NCBI GenBank assembly: GCA_049287005.1
Contig: JBAQEZ010000003.1
Location: 265,745-329,744 of the forward strand
Source: Candidatus Moraniibacteriota bacterium
GTDB lineage: Bacteria > Patescibacteriota > Minisyncoccia > Moranbacterales > UBA1568
DNA: 64,000 nucleotides
Reading direction: 5' to 3'
The notes under the pieces were generated by a model. That model was not told the origin of the DNA, ran no database searches, and saw only the letters and a program-made list of their open reading frames with translations. Positions within the stretch are counted from its first letter, which is position 1. Every line of letters starts with the position of its first letter. Shown here piece by piece: positions 47,786 to 56,573 of the stretch. The position numbers and the translations under genes are program-made.

Positions 47786-49381
47786 ATGTATGATGTCGTG
47801 ATAAAAAACGGAATGGTCATCGACGGCAGCGGCCGTCCGATGTATCGTGCCGATGTTGCCGTCAAAGAAGGGCGTATTGTTCTGATAGGTGATTTGGCGC
47901 ATACTCAGGCACAGAAAGTAATCGATGCGGAAGGACAGTATGTCACTCCAGGCTTCGTGGATGTCAACAACCACTCCGACACCTATTGGCAACTGTTCAC
48001 GAATCCGGGATTAGAAAGCCTTCTCTATCAGGGTGTGACCACGATTATCGGCGGGAATTCCGGATCATCGCTCGCCCCGCTCGCCCACCCGGATATTATC
48101 CGTTCTATCCAGAAATGGACTGACGTAGAGAAAATCAATTTCAATTGGCTTTCGATGAAGGATTTTTTACGGGAAGTAGAACGACGGAAACTAGCGATTA
48201 ATTTCGCTACGTTGGTGGGGCACGGAACGATTCGTCGTGGCGCTATGCGGGATAAATCACGGACAATCACGCCGGATGAGATCAACGCGATGCAGAAGAT
48301 GCTGAAAAGAGGCATGCAAGAAGGAGCGATCGGGCTTTCCACGGGGCTGATGTATACGCATGCGCGCGGTGCCAGGACACGAGAATTGTCCCTGCTCGCG
48401 AAAACGGCCATGTCTTTCGGCGGAGTGTACGCGACCTATGTACGCGATGAAGGGAAAGAGTTGGTCGCGTCGGTGGAGGAAGCGATCTCGGTAGCTCGTG
48501 ACGCTGACGTTCCTCTGCATATTTCCCATCTCAAAGCGGTAGGGAAAAGTAACTGGCATTTGATGGACGAGGTGTTCAATCTGATCGAAACGGCGGCACT
48601 CAATGATATAGCGATCAGTTTCGACGTGTATCCTTATACGACCACTGGTTCGGTCCTGTATACGCTATTGCCGGAATGGATCACCGGAGAAGGGCGCAAA
48701 ATGATGCTGGAGCGCTTGAAGGATCCCGGAGTAAGAAGTACCGCTTTGCGTGACATGGGGCAAAAGGAAATAGATTATTCACAAATTATCATTTCCTCAT
48801 CGAAGCTGAGCAAAATGATGTCGCGACGAAAAATTTCGGATATTGCGACCCTGCAAGGAAAAACCCCGGAAGAGACGGTGCTGGATCTGCTGATTGCCAG
48901 CAATGGTCAGGCCATAGTTTCTTTCGAGGCGCTTTCAGAGAAAAATGTTTTGAAAGCTATCCAGCATCCATTTTCGATCATCAGCAGTAACGGTGCCGGT
49001 TATGCGGTAACGCATGCGACGACTGGTAACTTGGTACACCCGCGCAATTTTGGCACGTTTCCGAAGGTCTTTGCTGAATACGTGCGCACGCGGCAGGCTC
49101 TCAGCTGGGAAGAAGCGGTTCATAAGATGAGCGGCAAGCCGGCTCTGAAATTTCAGCTGGAAAAAAGAGGTCTTTTACAGCAGGGATATTTCGCCGATAT
49201 CGTCATCTTCGATCCGGAGACGATTGCGGATAGAGCGACCATGGAGGATCCGTATCAATATGCGACGGGCATCTCGGCTGTGCTTGTCAACGGGTCTATC
49301 GCTCTTGAGGACGGGGAAATGTCCTCCGGGGAACGGCATGGCATGGTCTTGAGAAAAAGCAAGGGTTGGTTCGAATGGTAG
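47786..49381 (+). CDS. N-acyl-D-amino-acid deacylase family amidohydrolase
   Basis: YDVVIKNGMVIDGSGRPMYRADVAVKEGRIVLIGDL...TPGFVDVNNHSD is the D-aminoacylase N-terminal pattern. Confidence 0.8.
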   Translation: MYDVVIKNGMVIDGSGRPMYRADVAVKEGRIVLIGDLAHTQAQKVIDAEGQYVTPGFVDVNNHSDTYWQLFTNPGLESLLYQGVTTIIGGNSGSSLAPLAHPDIIRSIQKWTDVEKINFNWLSMKDFLREVERRKLAINFATLVGHGTIRRGAMRDKSRTITPDEINAMQKMLKRGMQEGAIGLSTGLMYTHARGARTRELSLLAKTAMSFGGVYATYVRDEGKELVASVEEAISVARDADVPLHISHLKAVGKSNWHLMDEVFNLIETAALNDIAISFDVYPYTTTGSVLYTLLPEWITGEGRKMMLERLKDPGVRSTALRDMGQKEIDYSQIIISSSKLSKMMSRRKISDIATLQGKTPEETVLDLLIASNGQAIVSFEALSEKNVLKAIQHPFSIISSNGAGYAVTHATTGNLVHPRNFGTFPKVFAEYVRTRQALSWEEAVHKMSGKPALKFQLEKRGLLQQGYFADIVIFDPETIADRATMEDPYQYATGISAVLVNGSIALEDGEMSSGERHGMVLRKSKGWFEW

Positions 49382-49504
49382 GACAGGAACAGGGCCGCGC
49401 ATACCCCCGCTCCTGCCGCTTCGCTCCGGAGTCCTTCTCGGGGGCTTTTTTGTTTTCAACGGCAAAAGGTGTAGAATAGAAGATATTCTTTTTCACGGGA
49501 CACT

Positions 49505-50908
49505 ATGCTGCAAGAATCTTTTTTCAAGAATAAGCGTATTACCGTATTCGGACTCGGCCTCAATATGGGCGGCGTCGGTACGGTGAGGTTTCTTGCGGAG
49601 CATGGGGCGCGTGAAATCATCGTGACGGACATCAAGTCGCGCGAGGAACTGGAACCGGCTGTCGTGAAACTGGCCAAGTACAAGAACATCACTTATATTT
49701 TTGGTCAGCATCGGCCGGAAGATTTTACGCGCGTGGATATGGTGATCAAAAACCCTGTTATTCCATGGACGAATGAATATATACAATTGGCCAAAAAAAA
49801 TCATGTACCGGTAGAGATGGACTCCAGCATCTTTTTTGCTTTGTGCAAAGCGCCGATTATCGGCGTGACAGGGACAAAGGGCAAGACAACGACAGCAAGC
49901 TTGATCGCGCACATATTAGAAAAATGTGGAAAACAGGTGGTGCGTGTCGGGATCGGTCAGATCGGAGTACTCTCCGCGCTCGAGAAAATAACGTCCGAGA
50001 GCGTCGTGGTGTTCGAGCTTTCTTCGTGGCGTCTGTCTGCGCTGGCGCATCTCAAGAAAAGCCCTCATATAGCGGTTTTTACCAATCTTTACCCTGATCA
50101 CCTCAATTATTATAAGACGATGGAAAGCTACGGAGCCGACAAGAGAAATATCTTCCTTTTTCAGAAGAAAAAGGATGTTACGCTTGCTAATGCCGAAAAT
50201 GAAGAGGTTCGTGCCTTGGTGCAAGACGCGCCGGCTTCGCTGATCTGGTTTGGGGTAAGTCAGGATATCGATGGTGACGGTGTCTGGCGAGAAGGGGAGA
50301 GGTTATTCGTCCGGCAGGGAGAAAAACAGAGCGTCCTGATGTCTCTGGAACAGGTGCCTCTCAAAGGAGAACATAATATCGGGAACGTGCTCGCCGCCGC
50401 TCTCGCCGCTCTCGCTTTTGGATTGTCTCCAGAGCAGGTGAGCGCTGGGATCAAGAGCTTTCCCGGAGTGTCTCATCGGCTTGAATTGGTAGCGGAAAAA
50501 AATGGCGTGCGGTATTACAATGATACGGCAGCAACGATTCCCGAAGCGGCGATCGCGGCACTCCGTTCTTTTGCCGAACCGGTGATCTTGATTGCCGGTG
50601 GGAGCGACAAGCGTTTGACATTCGATGCGTTAGCGAAAGAGATTCTTGACCGTTCCAAAGGGCTGATCCTGTTGAAGGGGGCAGCTACAGAAAAATTGAC
50701 CCAGGCATTGAAGGCATGTCTTCCAGAAGCGGAGAAAAATCGTCCGATCACGGTAGTGGAAAGCATGGCAAAAGCAGTAGAATTGGCTTCGCGTAGCGCT
50801 GAGCCGGGGGATATAGTGCTGCTGTCGCCAGGCGCGACCAGCTTTGGTCTCTTCCAAAACGAATTCGATCGCGGTGATCAATTCAAGAAAATAGTGGGAG
50901 AGCTATAA
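49505..50908 (+). CDS. murD: UDP-N-acetylmuramoyl-L-alanine--D-glutamate ligase
   Basis: ITVFGLGLNMGGVG is the N-terminal Rossmann region. GVTGTKGKTTTASLIAHIL is the Mur ligase P-loop. Confidence 0.85.
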   Translation: MLQESFFKNKRITVFGLGLNMGGVGTVRFLAEHGAREIIVTDIKSREELEPAVVKLAKYKNITYIFGQHRPEDFTRVDMVIKNPVIPWTNEYIQLAKKNHVPVEMDSSIFFALCKAPIIGVTGTKGKTTTASLIAHILEKCGKQVVRVGIGQIGVLSALEKITSESVVVFELSSWRLSALAHLKKSPHIAVFTNLYPDHLNYYKTMESYGADKRNIFLFQKKKDVTLANAENEEVRALVQDAPASLIWFGVSQDIDGDGVWREGERLFVRQGEKQSVLMSLEQVPLKGEHNIGNVLAAALAALAFGLSPEQVSAGIKSFPGVSHRLELVAEKNGVRYYNDTAATIPEAAIAALRSFAEPVILIAGGSDKRLTFDALAKEILDRSKGLILLKGAATEKLTQALKACLPEAEKNRPITVVESMAKAVELASRSAEPGDIVLLSPGATSFGLFQNEFDRGDQFKKIVGEL

Positions 50909-50966
50909 AGCATCGCTCAAAAATCCTGCAGAGCAGGTATCCAGAAGACTGGTCAGAGACGCCTGC

Positions 50967-50995
50967 TTGACGTTTTATTGAAACTATTCTAATAT
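50967..50995 (+). promoter_or_regulatory. sigma70-type promoter (TTGACG-17-TAATAT) for the csoR-family gene
   Basis: TTGACG at 50967-50972, a 17-nt spacer, TAATAT at 50990-50995. Confidence 0.5.
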
Positions 50996-51010
50996 ACCCC
51001 TACGGGGTAT
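50994..51010 (+). promoter_or_regulatory. CsoR-type operator: perfect inverted repeat ATACCCC-TAC-GGGGTAT overlapping the -10/+1 region
   Basis: A GC-tract palindrome of the kind bound by CsoR/RcnR-family repressors, placed so that it would occlude the promoter. Confidence 0.6.
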
Positions 51011-51028
51011 ATTTTTTATGAAAAACAT

Positions 51029-51286
51029 ATGGCACAAAAAAGAGAAGCAGAAGGAAAAAACAAAGTGCTTTCCCGTATCGCCCGTATCGAAGGACAGTTG
51101 CGCGGTGTCAAAAAAATGGTCGAAGGTGGCCAGGAGTGTTTGGATGTCATCACGCAGATTTCCGCTATCCGTGAAGCGGTCGCGATGCTCGGGGTAGCGT
51201 TACTGAAAGACGATATCACGTGCAAGTGGGATGGCAAGAAGAAAATTGATGAAGTCTATCTGAAGAGCCTGTTTAAGATGCAATAA
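51029..51286 (+). CDS. CsoR/RcnR/FrmR-family (DUF156) metal- or thiol-sensing transcriptional repressor
   Basis: VLSRIARIEGQLRGVKKMVEGGQECLDVITQISAIREAV is the family core with the conserved Cys. Asp sits where CsoR has the His ligand. Confidence 0.75.
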   Translation: MAQKREAEGKNKVLSRIARIEGQLRGVKKMVEGGQECLDVITQISAIREAVAMLGVALLKDDITCKWDGKKKIDEVYLKSLFKMQ

Positions 51287-51301
51287 TATTTTTTTCAATG
51301 C

Positions 51302-52543
51302 ATGCGTATGAATAATCCTTTCGAAAGCGCGAAAAAACAACTGCAAGCCGTACAAGAAATTGTGAAATTTGATGACAATATCATGATGCAGCTCATGAGT
51401 CCCAAGCGGGTCATCGAAGCATCGCTCCCGATCAGAATGGACGATGGCACGGTGCAGGTGTTTACCGCGTATCGGTCTCAATATAATGATGCTCGCGGCC
51501 CGTTCAAGGGCGGTATCCGTTTTCATCCTGGCGTCACCTTAGACGAAGTCAAGGCTCTTTCTGCTTGGATGACATGGAAGACGGCGGTGGTGGATATTCC
51601 TTTGGGCGGCGGCAAAGGCGGCGTCATCGTCGATCCGAAGAAACTCTCTTTGCGTGAACTCGAGGCTCTTTCGCGCGCTTATGCGCGTGCGTTCGCACCT
51701 TTTATCGGCTCAGATGTCGATATACCGGCGCCGGATGTTTCTACTGATCCGCGTATCATGGGCTGGATGCTGGATGAATACGAAGGTATGGTAGGGAGGC
51801 ATGTCCCTGGCGTCATCACCGGCAAGCCTCTCTCTATCGGCGGATCGGCGGCGCGTGGTTATGCCACGGCGCAGGGCGCGTTCTCTGTGATTGAGAAAGC
51901 GGTCAAACGTCTGGGGCTTGTCGAGGGAGCGACCGTGGCTATTCAGGGCTTCGGCAATGGTGGCGGTTTTCTGGCGCAGATTTTGGATAAAGCCGGGTAT
52001 ACGGTGGTGGCTATCGCCGATTCGAAATCGACTGTCTATCGCAACAAAGGTCTCAATGTAGCCGAAATCGATGAACATAAGCGTACGACGGGCAATCTGA
52101 AAAAATGTATCGGCTGTGAAGAGTTGTCCAGTGAAGCGATACTCTCTATCCCGGTTGACATCTTGGTGCCGGCCGCTTTGGAAAACGCTTTGCATGAAGG
52201 CAATATGCAAGATGTCAAAGCCAAGCTTATCGTTGAAGTGGCTAACGGCCCGGTCACGCCGGAGGCGGAAGCCTTCCTTTTCGACAAGGGCATTGTGGTG
52301 GTGCCGGATATCTTGGCCAATGCCGGCGGCGTCACCGTGAGTTATTTCGAGCAAGTTCAGAACGCTATGAATTATGCCTGGGCAGAACAGGACATTCTTG
52401 ATAAACTCAAAAGAACGATGGACGGAGCGTTTGACGCGGTCTGGAAAGAAATGGAGATCTACAACACGACGATGCGTATGGGAGCCTATGCTCTGGCAAT
52501 CAAGCGGGTGGCACAGGCGATGCAGGATCGCGGAAGAATTTAA
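51302..52543 (+). CDS. gdhA: glutamate dehydrogenase (Glu/Leu/Phe/Val dehydrogenase family)
   Basis: DIPLGGGKGG is the catalytic Lys-Gly-rich motif. GFGNGGGFLA is the NAD(P) site. Confidence 0.9.
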   Translation: MRMNNPFESAKKQLQAVQEIVKFDDNIMMQLMSPKRVIEASLPIRMDDGTVQVFTAYRSQYNDARGPFKGGIRFHPGVTLDEVKALSAWMTWKTAVVDIPLGGGKGGVIVDPKKLSLRELEALSRAYARAFAPFIGSDVDIPAPDVSTDPRIMGWMLDEYEGMVGRHVPGVITGKPLSIGGSAARGYATAQGAFSVIEKAVKRLGLVEGATVAIQGFGNGGGFLAQILDKAGYTVVAIADSKSTVYRNKGLNVAEIDEHKRTTGNLKKCIGCEELSSEAILSIPVDILVPAALENALHEGNMQDVKAKLIVEVANGPVTPEAEAFLFDKGIVVVPDILANAGGVTVSYFEQVQNAMNYAWAEQDILDKLKRTMDGAFDAVWKEMEIYNTTMRMGAYALAIKRVAQAMQDRGRI

Positions 52544-52631
52544 TTCATTGTTGAATGGTTGCATAGTTATCTTGCCAAAGAAAACTTTGTAAGAGGGCAA
52601 CAATGTGACAATAAAACAATATAACCAGCAC

Positions 52632-53558
52632 ATGACTATGTATGATGTAGTGATAATCGGCGGGGGGCCGGGCGGCGTAGCGGCAGGAGTCTATGCGGCT
52701 CGCAAACGAATGAAGACACTTTTTATTACGGAAAGCTTTCAGAGTCAGTCGGCAGTGTCGGCGAGTATCGAGAATTGGATCGGGACGGTGACGATTCCCG
52801 GCTGGGAATTCGCCCAAGCGCTCGAGAAACACGTGCGCGCGCAAGAAGGCATCGAAATCGTCACCGGGGCACGAGCCACCGGTGTCGCGGAACAAAGCGG
52901 CCATTATGTGGTCAGTATTGCCAATGGCAATCAATATGAAACGAAAACCATTATCATCGCGACCGGCGGACGGCACCGTCATCTCGATATTCCCGGTGAA
53001 GAAAAATGGAGTGGCAAGGGTGTCGTATACTGCTCAACCTGTGACGCGCCTTTCTTCCGCGACAAGGACGTTGTTGTGGTAGGCGGCGGGAATGCCGGAT
53101 TGGAAGCCGTGGAAGATCTGTTGCCGTACGCTTCTCATATCACGCTGATGATTCGTTCCGGTGTTCTGAAGGGCGATCCGGTAACGCAGGAAAAAATCTT
53201 GGCGTCAGAAAAAGTGAATGTCCTGTACAGCGTGCTGCCACAAGCGGTGCTCGGCGAGACAAGGGTCACGAGCCTGGCCTATAAAGACGCCGTGACAGGC
53301 GAAGCCAAAACGCTGGGAACAGAGGGCGTGTTCGTCGAAATCGGCATGGTACCGAATACGGAGTTTGTCAAAGGAGTGGTGGACTTAAATGAACGCGGGG
53401 AGATCGTGCTCGATCATCGGACCAAAGTCACTTCCAAGCCGGGCATCTTCGCGACCGGCGATGCGACCGATGCTCCTTACAAGCAGAACAATATTTCCGC
53501 CGGTGATGGTGTCGTAGCGGCACTGTCCGCGTATGAGTATCTGAGGAAACAGTCGTAA
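52632..53558 (+). CDS. trxB: thioredoxin-disulfide reductase
   Basis: YDVVIIGGGPGG is the FAD site, CSTCD is the redox C-x-x-C, and VVVGGGNAGLE is the NADPH site. Confidence 0.85.
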   Translation: MTMYDVVIIGGGPGGVAAGVYAARKRMKTLFITESFQSQSAVSASIENWIGTVTIPGWEFAQALEKHVRAQEGIEIVTGARATGVAEQSGHYVVSIANGNQYETKTIIIATGGRHRHLDIPGEEKWSGKGVVYCSTCDAPFFRDKDVVVVGGGNAGLEAVEDLLPYASHITLMIRSGVLKGDPVTQEKILASEKVNVLYSVLPQAVLGETRVTSLAYKDAVTGEAKTLGTEGVFVEIGMVPNTEFVKGVVDLNERGEIVLDHRTKVTSKPGIFATGDATDAPYKQNNISAGDGVVAALSAYEYLRKQS

Positions 53559-53673
53559 GATATTGTCGGATGTCTTTCTGACGCGTACAGGCCTTAGTCT
53601 CCGGTTCACCCTCCACGATTGGCTTGTGGCGGGTGACTCAGGGCACTTCATATGAGGATCTCAGGACGACCGG

Positions 53674-53702
53674 TTGACGAGAGAGAAAAAAAGTGCTATA
53701 AT
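53674..53702 (+). promoter_or_regulatory. Consensus sigma70 promoter (TTGACG-17-TATAAT) inside a 535-nt noncoding region
   Basis: TTGACG at 53674-53679, a 17-nt spacer, a perfect TATAAT at 53697-53702. Confidence 0.55.
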
Positions 53703-53708
53703 AAACAG

Positions 53709-54060
53709 GTAATGAAAAAAGCGGGCCGTCTCGATCAAGAATCGAGCAAGCCTCGCCAAAACGGCGGGTGTTTCCTTCGGGAGAAGCATCCGTTTTCTTT
53801 TTTCAAGAGAGGAGAGAACGACACTGTGAAGCAGGGTTCGCTGTTCTCTTGGGGAAAGAAAAGGTTCTTTGAAAATCAAAATAAAAACAAAAAACAAAAA
53901 ACTTTGTTTTCCCAAAAACAAGGCAAATTCCTTTGCCTTCACCTCTTCTCAAGAGGTCAGATAAGTCGTTCCGATAGAATATATCGGCACGACTTTTTCG
54001 TTCTTTCGGCATTTGCCCGGATATTGATTTAAAGCTTATTCTGGGCTATACTCACCCATA
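53709..54060 (+). ncRNA. Candidate noncoding RNA(s) or long structured leader upstream of murA
   Basis: No credible ORF. Several strong hairpins: GAGAACgac...CGCTGTTCTC, AAGGCAAA-ttcc-TTTGCCTT, CCTCTT-ctc-AAGAGG, and GTCGTtccgatagaatatatcggcACGAC followed by TTTTTCGTTC. There is also a poly-A/T-rich stretch. Confidence 0.3.
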
Positions 54061-54093
54061 TGCTCGGTAATTATGTAAAGCTTCATCCTCTCT

Positions 54094-55359
54094 ATGGAAG
54101 TTTTTGAAATCGAAGGGGGGAAACGGCTCAAGGGCGAGATCTCGGTCAGCGGGTCCAAGAATGCGACGACGCCGATTCTGGCGGCCACGCTCCTCACCCA
54201 AGAAACCTGCGTGTTTTCCAATCTGCCTCTCATCGAGGACGTTTTTCGTATGCTGGAGATCCTGCAGAGTATGGGCGCGAAGGTGGAGTGGCGGGGCAAG
54301 CGGACAGTAGCTATCACGGCTCAGGATATCGATCCGGCCAAAATGGATGTTTCCGCAATGAAAAAAATCCGTTCGTCTATCCTGTTGCTCGGATCGCTGG
54401 CGGCGCGTTTCGAGAATTTTTCTTTCTATCACCCCGGGGGATGCGTGATCGGCGCGCGGCCGGTGGGGACGCATTTCGATGCGTTACGGAAATTGGGCGT
54501 TAATATCCGGAATAAGGAGAAAGAATATCAGATTGATGCCAGCAGGCGTCATCCGGCTTCGTTTGCGTTGCGGGAATTTTCTGTCACGGCGACGGAGAAT
54601 GCGATGATGCTGGCGGCCAGTTTGCCGGGCAAGACAATCATCAAGATCGCGGCCGCGGAACCGCACGTGGAAGATCTGGGAAAATTTCTCATCGCGATGG
54701 GCGCCAAGATCAAGGGTCTCGGAACGCATACTCTGGAAATCCAGGGCACCAAGAAATTGCGTGGCGCCACGCACTCTATCGTACCGGACGCCAATGAGGC
54801 CGCGACCTTTCTCATCCTTGGCGTGGCGACGGGGAGCGCTCTTACGGTGAAGAATGCACGCGAGCAGCACCTTGATCTCGTGTTGGAAAAGCTGCGTGAG
54901 TTCGGCGCGGATTTCATCGTGAAGAAGAATATGATCACGGTCATGCCGGCGAAAAAACTGAAAGCAGTCGCCAAGGTGGACGCTCGGACCTACCCGGGAT
55001 TGCCGACGGACGTACAGGCTCCGTTCGGCGTGCTGGCAACGCAGGCAGAAGGCGAGACGCTCATTTTTGACACTATTTTTGAAGGACGTTTCAATTATGT
55101 GTCAGAACTGGCCAAGATGGGCGCCCAAGCGACCGTGCTCAATCCGCATCAGGTCATAGTAAATGGCAAGACGCCTCTGTGCGGTACGGTCATCAAGAGT
55201 TATGACTTGCGGGCAGGGGCAGCTCTGATCATCGCGGCCTTGTGCGCGAAGGGGAAAACGATTATCGAAGATATTTACCAGGTGGATCGTGGCTATGAAC
55301 GCATCGAAGAGCGTTTGCAGAAAATTGGCGCTCGTATCAAAAGAGTTGAGAGAGCATAA
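54094..55359 (+). CDS. murA: UDP-N-acetylglucosamine 1-carboxyvinyltransferase
   Basis: The EPSP-synthase fold with the MurA N-terminal pattern KLKGEISVSGSKNATTPILAA. Confidence 0.9.
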   Translation: MEVFEIEGGKRLKGEISVSGSKNATTPILAATLLTQETCVFSNLPLIEDVFRMLEILQSMGAKVEWRGKRTVAITAQDIDPAKMDVSAMKKIRSSILLLGSLAARFENFSFYHPGGCVIGARPVGTHFDALRKLGVNIRNKEKEYQIDASRRHPASFALREFSVTATENAMMLAASLPGKTIIKIAAAEPHVEDLGKFLIAMGAKIKGLGTHTLEIQGTKKLRGATHSIVPDANEAATFLILGVATGSALTVKNAREQHLDLVLEKLREFGADFIVKKNMITVMPAKKLKAVAKVDARTYPGLPTDVQAPFGVLATQAEGETLIFDTIFEGRFNYVSELAKMGAQATVLNPHQVIVNGKTPLCGTVIKSYDLRAGAALIIAALCAKGKTIIEDIYQVDRGYERIEERLQKIGARIKRVERA

Positions 55360-55361
55360 AT

Positions 55362-56378
55362 ATGAAACCCATGTTTTTACGCAAAATTGGCATTGACCTG
55401 GGGACGACGAACACCCTCGTCTTCGTTCCGGGTCAGGGCGTGGTGATTAATGAGCCTTCCGTTGTGGCGATTTCTTTACTTGAAAATAAAGTGCTGGCTG
55501 TCGGCAACGAAGCCAAGGAGATGCTGGGGCGCACGCCGGATACGATCGTGGCCAGTCAGCCGTTGAAAGATGGAGCGATCGCCGACTATCGCGTGACGGA
55601 AGCGATGCTCAAATATTTCCTGAATCGTGTGAGCGGGCGTCTCCGTTTTTTCCGTCCGGAAGTCGTGTTGTCTATTCCGGCCGGCGTGACTTCGACGGAG
55701 CGCCGCGCGGTCATCGATGCTGCCCTCAAAGCCGGCGCCAAAACGGCTTATGTCGTGAAAGAGCCGATCCTGGCGGCGATCGGGGCGGGGATTCCGATTC
55801 ACGCCGCCCAGGGCAACATGATTATCAATATCGGTGGAGGAACATCGGAAATCGCCATCATTTCTCTGGGAGGTATCGTCGCGGCGCATAGCGCGCGCGT
55901 CGGTGGCAACCGCATCGATCAGGCGATTTCCGATTATATCAAGCGCAAGTACAGCCTGGCCATCGGCGACCGGACCGCGGAGGAGATCAAGATCAAGATC
56001 GGATCCGCGATCGCGCAAGTGAAAGAAGACCATGTCGAGGTGCGCGGGCGCGATCTGATGGGCGGCTTGCCGAAAACCATCGTCGTCTCTTCCAATGAAG
56101 TGACCGAAGCCATCCAGGATGAATTGCGCGAGATCATCAACGTCATCAAGCAGGTGCTGCAGGAAACGCCGCCGGAACTGGCGGCCGACATCATGGACAA
56201 GGGCATGGTGCTTTCCGGCGGCACGGCTCAGCTCAAGTATCTGGATCAGCTGATCTCGAAAACCATCAACGTGCCGTGCTATGTGGCGGATGATCCGGCG
56301 TTCTGCGTCGTGAAAGGCACCGGTATTGTTTTGGAAAATTTGGAAGTGTATAAGCGTAGTATTATGTTGGCTAAGTAA
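55362..56378 (+). CDS. mreB: rod shape-determining protein MreB
   Basis: IGIDLGTTNTLV is actin-fold phosphate 1. It is MreB-like throughout. Confidence 0.9.
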   Translation: MKPMFLRKIGIDLGTTNTLVFVPGQGVVINEPSVVAISLLENKVLAVGNEAKEMLGRTPDTIVASQPLKDGAIADYRVTEAMLKYFLNRVSGRLRFFRPEVVLSIPAGVTSTERRAVIDAALKAGAKTAYVVKEPILAAIGAGIPIHAAQGNMIINIGGGTSEIAIISLGGIVAAHSARVGGNRIDQAISDYIKRKYSLAIGDRTAEEIKIKIGSAIAQVKEDHVEVRGRDLMGGLPKTIVVSSNEVTEAIQDELREIINVIKQVLQETPPELAADIMDKGMVLSGGTAQLKYLDQLISKTINVPCYVADDPAFCVVKGTGIVLENLEVYKRSIMLAK

Positions 56379-56573
56379 CTTTTTTTGAGTCATCAAAATT
56401 TTCCCTTTTTCATTCTTCGTATTTCCCGAACATTTCTGACTCACTCTGTCGAACAGGGAGCTGTCCTGTCGAGACCATCCGTCACGCTCGACTGTTACCG
56501 ACACGTTCGTCACAAATGTTACCGGTAAAAACGAGGCGAAGAAAAAAGAAAATCTTTTGATTTGTATACATAG

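Noticed and set aside
53652-54032. 126-aa ORF inside the 535-nt spacer before murA
   Set aside because: It has extreme low complexity (K/Q/N/F runs) and overlaps the promoter and hairpins. The region is more plausibly noncoding.
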